DNA of 64,000 nucleotides from Escherichia coli (GTDB lineage Bacteria; Pseudomonadota; Gammaproteobacteria; Enterobacterales; Enterobacteriaceae): NCBI RefSeq assembly GCF_044324785.1, contig NZ_CP172127.1; one strand, 5' to 3'. Shown piece by piece: positions 61,222 to 64,000 of this stretch (position 1 is its first letter; each line of letters starts with the position of its first letter). The notes under the pieces were generated by a model. It saw only the letters and a program-made list of their open reading frames with translations, ran no database searches and was not told where the DNA came from. The position numbers and the translations under genes were made by a program.

Positions 61222-61228
61222 GTTATGC

Positions 61229-62014
61229 CTACCAGGCACCGTGGTACTGAATAGTTTGTGCCGCGCACGCCGTTCCCTGCGCCATCGCCTGCGGTAATGT
61301 CATCCCCGCAGACCAGCCGCAAAGGAATCCGGCAATGAACGAATCTCCGGCACCCATGGTGTCGATAACCGTCACCGGTTCAGGATCCTGACGCCAGAAC
61401 TGCGCGCCATCCCAGGCAATACTGCCGTTTTCACCCAGCGTGACAATCACCACGCCTGCGCCACGGGCAACAATCGCCTTCATCTTCAGACGTAACGCTT
61501 CGTCTTCTTGCGGCGCGGAGGCAAAGGCAAAATCGAGATGCGGCACCAGTGTCTGCCAGAGCGGGCTGTCCCACTTGTCGGAGAAGTCGAAAGCGGTAAG
61601 TTTTCCCGCTGCGTGCAGGTGCGGGAATGCGTCCTCCGCATGTCCCCAGATTGCCGCGTGCACAATGTCATATTGCGCCAGCCAGGCGTAATCCTCTTCG
61701 CTCAGGGCAAAGTCGGCCATCACGCCTTCGGTGTAGTCGCCAAAAACGCGATCGTTGTCGTGCAGTTCCACCTGAGTTTGTGCGGTAACGCCGTGTTTCG
61801 TATGGACATGGCTGATATCGACGTCCATGCGGGCAAGATCCTGCTTCAGCTTTGTGCCGTAGTCATCATCTCCCACCCAGGTAATGCATCCCGGCTTTAT
61901 GCCGTAGCGAGTGCAGTACACCGCCACGTTCACCGCATTACCGCCAGAAAACGCTTTATTCAGTTGCGGGTAGATATCGACGCAGTTATCGCCGATTGTC
62001 GCCAGGTTTTTCAT
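61229..62014 (-). CDS. frlD: fructoselysine 6-kinase
   Basis: 261-aa PfkB/ribokinase-family ORF (GAGD motif near the C-terminus); ATGA overlap with frlC. Confidence 0.92.
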   Translation of the reverse strand: MKNLATIGDNCVDIYPQLNKAFSGGNAVNVAVYCTRYGIKPGCITWVGDDDYGTKLKQDLARMDVDISHVHTKHGVTAQTQVELHDNDRVFGDYTEGVMADFALSEEDYAWLAQYDIVHAAIWGHAEDAFPHLHAAGKLTAFDFSDKWDSPLWQTLVPHLDFAFASAPQEDEALRLKMKAIVARGAGVVIVTLGENGSIAWDGAQFWRQDPEPVTVIDTMGAGDSFIAGFLCGWSAGMTLPQAMAQGTACAAQTIQYHGAW

Positions 62015-62841
62015 CTCGCATCCTCCGGCAGCAGCGCGCGAAAGCGTTCCAGCGCCTGGCGAGCGTAGAGTCTGGGTTCGTTCATATACATCGTTACCAG
62101 TTCCACTGTGCAGTACCCCTCATAACCCCGGTCGATAATATCGCGCATCAACTCCCGCAGCGGCATTTTGCCTTCGCCGGGAATGTAATGCGTGTCGCTG
62201 GCCCCGTCGCTGTCGACAATATGCAAATGACGCAATTTATCGCCCAGTTTGTCGAAATAACTCATCACCGGTTCCGCCTGGACATACGGCGCACAAATGT
62301 CGACCATGCTGAACAGACGCGGCGAAGGCACCAGCGCCAGCGCATGAAGCACATCATTGGCATTACACACGACGTTCGATTCATACGGCGTTAACGGTTC
62401 GAGGATCAGATCCATGCCGATGTTTTCCGCGTACTCACACAGTTCGCTTAGGTTCTCTGCCAGCCGCCCCCAGATAACGTTAGGCGGCGTGAGATAACCC
62501 GCGTGGGCCGCGGAAATCAGCGTATAACCGGCGTTCATCTCTTTTGCCATATCCATCGCCAGCTTGATCATGTCGAGGCTTTCGCGACGCATATGTTCAT
62601 CGCCCAGCATCATGTTATACGGATAGCCATTAGTTTCTGGCGTATAACCGACAATCGGCATCTGATACGTCTGCGCCAGCGCTTTAATGTGTTTGATGCC
62701 GCCCGCTTTTAAGTCCGGCGCGAACGCGTGCGGGCGACCGCCCCAAATTTCGATGCCGTCGTAACCCAGCTCGCTTGCATCACGAAATGCTTGTTCAATA
62801 GGCAGCCGCTGGTGGCCGCAGGTAAACATACCTGTTTTCAT
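62011..62841 (-). CDS. frlC: fructoselysine 3-epimerase
   Basis: Start set at [19 protein letters not shown] (276 aa, TIM-barrel sugar-isomerase-like); the ORF track extends 48 codons upstream. Confidence 0.9.
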   Translation of the reverse strand: MKTGMFTCGHQRLPIEQAFRDASELGYDGIEIWGGRPHAFAPDLKAGGIKHIKALAQTYQMPIVGYTPETNGYPYNMMLGDEHMRRESLDMIKLAMDMAKEMNAGYTLISAAHAGYLTPPNVIWGRLAENLSELCEYAENIGMDLILEPLTPYESNVVCNANDVLHALALVPSPRLFSMVDICAPYVQAEPVMSYFDKLGDKLRHLHIVDSDGASDTHYIPGEGKMPLRELMRDIIDRGYEGYCTVELVTMYMNEPRLYARQALERFRALLPEDAR

Positions 62842-62890
62842 CGGGTAACTCCTTGCGTAAATCCGGCCCGTTGCCGGGCCGGGAGAGGGA

Positions 62891-63913
62891 TTAATATTCC
62901 ACCAGACCACCGTAATAGCGGCGTTCATCCGGGTTGTGATCTTTGTAAATAGACAGGTAGTAGCAGAGCCACTCCATCGGCACAAACATCAGGAACGGTG
63001 CCAGCCACGGGTGCAGCCCTTGCGAAATTTCGGCGTAATCAATGACGATCACGTTGTCAGTACGCTGTTTAACAAAGTTAATGGCGCGTTCGGTGGTGTG
63101 GCGACTTTCGTCATTGCCGAGCAGGAACAGGAACGGAACGCCCGGCTCGACAATTTCCAGTGGGCCGTGGCGGAACTCTCCGCTTTCGATCACGCAGCCG
63201 TGCGTCCAGGTAAATTCCATTAGCGTTACAATGCCTTCTTTGTAACCCAGCGGGCGCAGCGGGCCTGCGGCAACCGTGTAAATCATCGGCCACTGGCTGG
63301 CCTGTTCACCAAGCTGGCGGCCTTTTTCTTCCCAGGTGCGTACCAGATGACCGAGCGCATTCGGCAGCTGTTTGAGATCGTTTTTGATCTTGCCGATTTC
63401 CGCGTTCGGCGCGAGGCGGGTGATCATCTCCAGCACCACGCTGTAGCAGAGCAGCAGATGAATTTCCCAAATACAGTCGGCCTGATAATCAATGCTAAAT
63501 TCCGCCGCCGAGGTAATCGGGCTGTCCGCGCGTTTGGTGAACGCCGCAGTGAGCGCGCCGCAGGCCCGGCCCAGCTCCAGCGCTTTGATCACCTCTTCGG
63601 TTTTACCGTAGTCAGAAACGCCAATCACCGCGCAACGATTGTCGAGGCGATACGGGGTGTTATCGCAGAACTCCCAGCCGGAAATGGCGTAGACCTGAAG
63701 ATCGGAAAAGCGATCCGCCAGATGTTTCGCCGTTTGCGCCGCGTTGAGTGGCGATCCGCAGGCAACGAAATAAATACGATTAATGTCGCGCTTCACCATC
63801 TCTTCCACGATGGCATGCACCAGCGGAACGTCATGGCTGAGAACTTTTTCCACTTCCTGAACCATATTTTCGGTGACCAGAAAGTCCACGGTGCTTTTAT
63901 CAATATCCAACAT
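62891..63913 (-). CDS. frlB: fructoselysine-6-phosphate deglycase
   Basis: Start set at [17 protein letters not shown] (340 aa, SIS-domain protein); the ORF track extends 7 codons upstream. Confidence 0.9.
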   Translation of the reverse strand: MLDIDKSTVDFLVTENMVQEVEKVLSHDVPLVHAIVEEMVKRDINRIYFVACGSPLNAAQTAKHLADRFSDLQVYAISGWEFCDNTPYRLDNRCAVIGVSDYGKTEEVIKALELGRACGALTAAFTKRADSPITSAAEFSIDYQADCIWEIHLLLCYSVVLEMITRLAPNAEIGKIKNDLKQLPNALGHLVRTWEEKGRQLGEQASQWPMIYTVAAGPLRPLGYKEGIVTLMEFTWTHGCVIESGEFRHGPLEIVEPGVPFLFLLGNDESRHTTERAINFVKQRTDNVIVIDYAEISQGLHPWLAPFLMFVPMEWLCYYLSIYKDHNPDERRYYGGLVEY

Positions 63914-63933
63914 TTTATTTTCTCCAGATAACA

Positions 63934-64000
63934 TTACGACAAAGCGTTGAGCTGGCGGCTACGCTTCGCCCAGAAGGCGTAAGCAGGCAGACCCGTAGCA
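63934..64000 (-). CDS. frlA: 3' end of a fructoselysine/psicoselysine transporter gene (frlA-like), 5' portion outside the window
   Basis: Minus-strand frame is open from the window edge to a TAA at 63934-63936 (...AKRSRQLNALS*); the position upstream of frlB matches the frlABCD order. Too short to verify by sequence. Confidence 0.55.
   Translation of the reverse strand, partial: ATGLPAYAFWAKRSRQLNALS

Overview
This 64-kb window is Escherichia coli-type core chromosome, collinear (in inverted orientation) with the K-12 region running from glpD to frlA as I recall that map. Gene order read left to right: a two-gene AT-rich islet, glpD, glpE-glpG-glpR, rtcR, rtcB-rtcA, malT, malP-malQ, gntT, nfuA, gntX, bioH, yhgA(rpnA), feoC-feoB-feoA, yhgF(tex), greB, ompR-envZ, a two-gene toxin-antitoxin-like cassette, pckA, yhgE, hslO-hslR-yrfG-igaA, nudE, mrcA, hofMNOPQ, aroK-aroB-damX-dam-rpe-gph-trpS, yhfZ-yhfY-yhfX-yhfW-php-yhfU-yhfT-yhfS, frlR-frlD-frlC-frlB and the 3' end of frlA. 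Gene identities come from reading the supplied ORF translations against remembered protein sequences; no database search was run. I found no rRNA, tRNA, CRISPR array or IS element. Two segments look accessory relative to the K-12 order: (1) a RelE/ParE-like toxin plus XRE-HTH antitoxin pair between envZ and pckA, the best candidate for an uncharacterised system here; (2) an AT-rich islet downstream of glpD (a 5'-truncated soluble ORF translationally coupled to a polytopic membrane protein) that I could not assign to any family. The yhfZ-yhfS cluster beside the frl operon is a conserved catabolic-looking operon of unknown substrate, with two perfect AT-rich palindromes in its leader regions. 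Regulatory sites and hairpins were found by eye: a consensus sigma54 promoter for rtcBA, GlpR/GntR/MalT/CRP/FNR/Fur-like sites, several rho-independent terminators and REP-like palindromes. Start codons were chosen where the ORF-track maximal ORF extends past a start I recognise; a few (mrcA, hslO, rtcA) are uncertain by a few codons.
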